Below are positions 62,752-64,000 of a stretch of DNA of 64,000 nt, in pieces. Numbering within the stretch: the first letter of the stretch is position 1; every line of letters begins with the position of its first letter. The stretch comes from Octopus sinensis (Eukaryota): contig NC_042999.1 in assembly GCF_006345805.1 (NCBI RefSeq), forward strand, positions 8,928,001 to 8,992,000, in the 5' to 3' direction. The position numbers and the translations under genes were made by a program. The notes below the pieces were generated by a model. The model made no database searches and had not been told where the DNA came from. It was given only the letters and a program-made list of their open reading frames with translations.

Positions 62752-62926
62752 TGAATGAGTGAGTGAGTGAGTGAGTGAGTGAGTAAGTGAGTGAGTGAGT
62801 GAGTGAGAGAGTGAGTGAGTGAGTGAATGTGTGAGTGACTGAGTGAGTGAGTGAGTGAACGAGAGAGTGAGTGAATGAGTGAGTGAGTGAGTGAGTGAGT
62901 GAGTGATGAGTGGGTGAGTGAGTGGG
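62752..62926. repeat. (GAGT)n microsatellite
   Basis: Simple repeat. Confidence 0.95.
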
Positions 62927-63293
62927 TGTTAAGTGAAAGCAGTTAAATGATTTTAAAAGTGTAATAGAATGCGACAGACTTTAACAATAAAAGTTTATTT
63001 GTTGTGAAAGCTTTAAACGTTCGACCGTTTTTATACGTCCAATCCGTCAATGTGTCTAAGGGGTTGGATAGATTATCGACGGACAAGAAGCGGAAAGATG
63101 GAAATGTAGCAGGAGATCGAAATGTAGCAGATGGAAGTGAAATAACCTTTGCAAATAGCTGTGGATGTCACTTTCATCGTTTTGTACATTGCAGCCAACA
63201 GCCTGAGGCCATGCTGGATCACCGCAATTATTTCGTTTTTCATTTTTAAAAAAGGATTTCGCTTACAATGTTTACACTTTCTCAAGAATCAAA

Positions 63294-63696
63294 TACTCTT
63301 TTACTTGTTTCAGTCATTTGACTGCGACCATGCTGGAGCACCGCCTTTAGTCGAGCAAATCGACCCCGAGACTTATTCTTTGTAAGCCCAGTACTTATTT
63401 TATCGGTCTCTTTTGCCGAACCGCTATGTGACGGGGACGTAAACACACCAGCATCGGTTCTCAAGCAATGCTAGGGGTACAAACACAGACACACAAACAC
63501 ATACACATACATACATATACATATATATACATATATACGACAGCCTTCTTTCAGTTTCCGTCTACCAAATCCACTCACAAGGCTTTGGTCGGCCCGGGGC
63601 TATAGCAGAAGACACTTGCCCAAGATGCCACGCAGTGGGACTAAACCCGGAACCATGTGGTTGGTTAGCAAGCTACTTACCACACAGCCACTCCTG
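63294..63696 (-). mobile_element. SINE family B, full length
   Basis: Near-consensus sequence. Confidence 0.92.
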
Positions 63697-63728
63697 TTTC
63701 AGAAAAAAGTACAATTCCATTATACAAT

Positions 63729-64000
63729 GTCACCGACCAAGCTATCAGATGTTGCTACACATCGCTGGTCACAATGCGCTTCGCATTGTTTTAGCCTTCA
63801 AATTACGCTACCCCGCTGGCCAACAGAAGAAAGAGTGAGAGAAAGTTGGGACGAAAGAGTACAGCAGGGATCACCACCACCCCCTGCCGGAGCCTCTTGG
63901 AGCTTTAGGTGTTTTCGCTCAATAAACACACACAAAGCTCGGTCTGGGAATCGAAACCGCGATCCTACGACCGCGAGTCCGCTGCCCTAACCACTGGGCC
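63729..64000 (-). mobile_element. SINE family C, tail type 1; head reaches the window edge
   Basis: Reverse complement of 7327-7618. Confidence 0.88.

Overview
Repeat-dense, AT-rich eukaryotic DNA, most likely from an octopus (coleoid cephalopod); this is inferred from the SINE families and microsatellite load. No host protein-coding gene, rRNA or CRISPR array can be supported, and the window looks intronic or intergenic. Contents: (1) two head-to-tail chains of R4/Dong-clade RLE non-LTR retrotransposons threaded through (TAA)n microsatellites (1-5162 and 32220-34985), plus an older relic near 22 kb; (2) about 35 tRNA-derived SINE copies from about five modular families (my labels A-E), including a SINE pentamer; (3) Penelope-like element (PLE) relics and LTR-like fragments, with one intact-looking type I hammerhead ribozyme (55926-55975), one minimal hammerhead (16365-16407) and several degenerate ones; (4) a perfect 116-bp-arm palindrome (6866-7102); (5) an unexplained ~490-bp unit as one inverted plus 4.8 tandem copies inside (TA)n (38451-41315); (6) Tc1/mariner relics, MITEs, Helentron/DINE-like elements, CR1-like and RTE 3' ends, and a (TTAGGG)10 tract inside a mariner relic. 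The long low-complexity ORFs in the track are microsatellite artefacts. Coordinates were counted by hand and may be off by a few bases; family names are from recall and were not database-checked.
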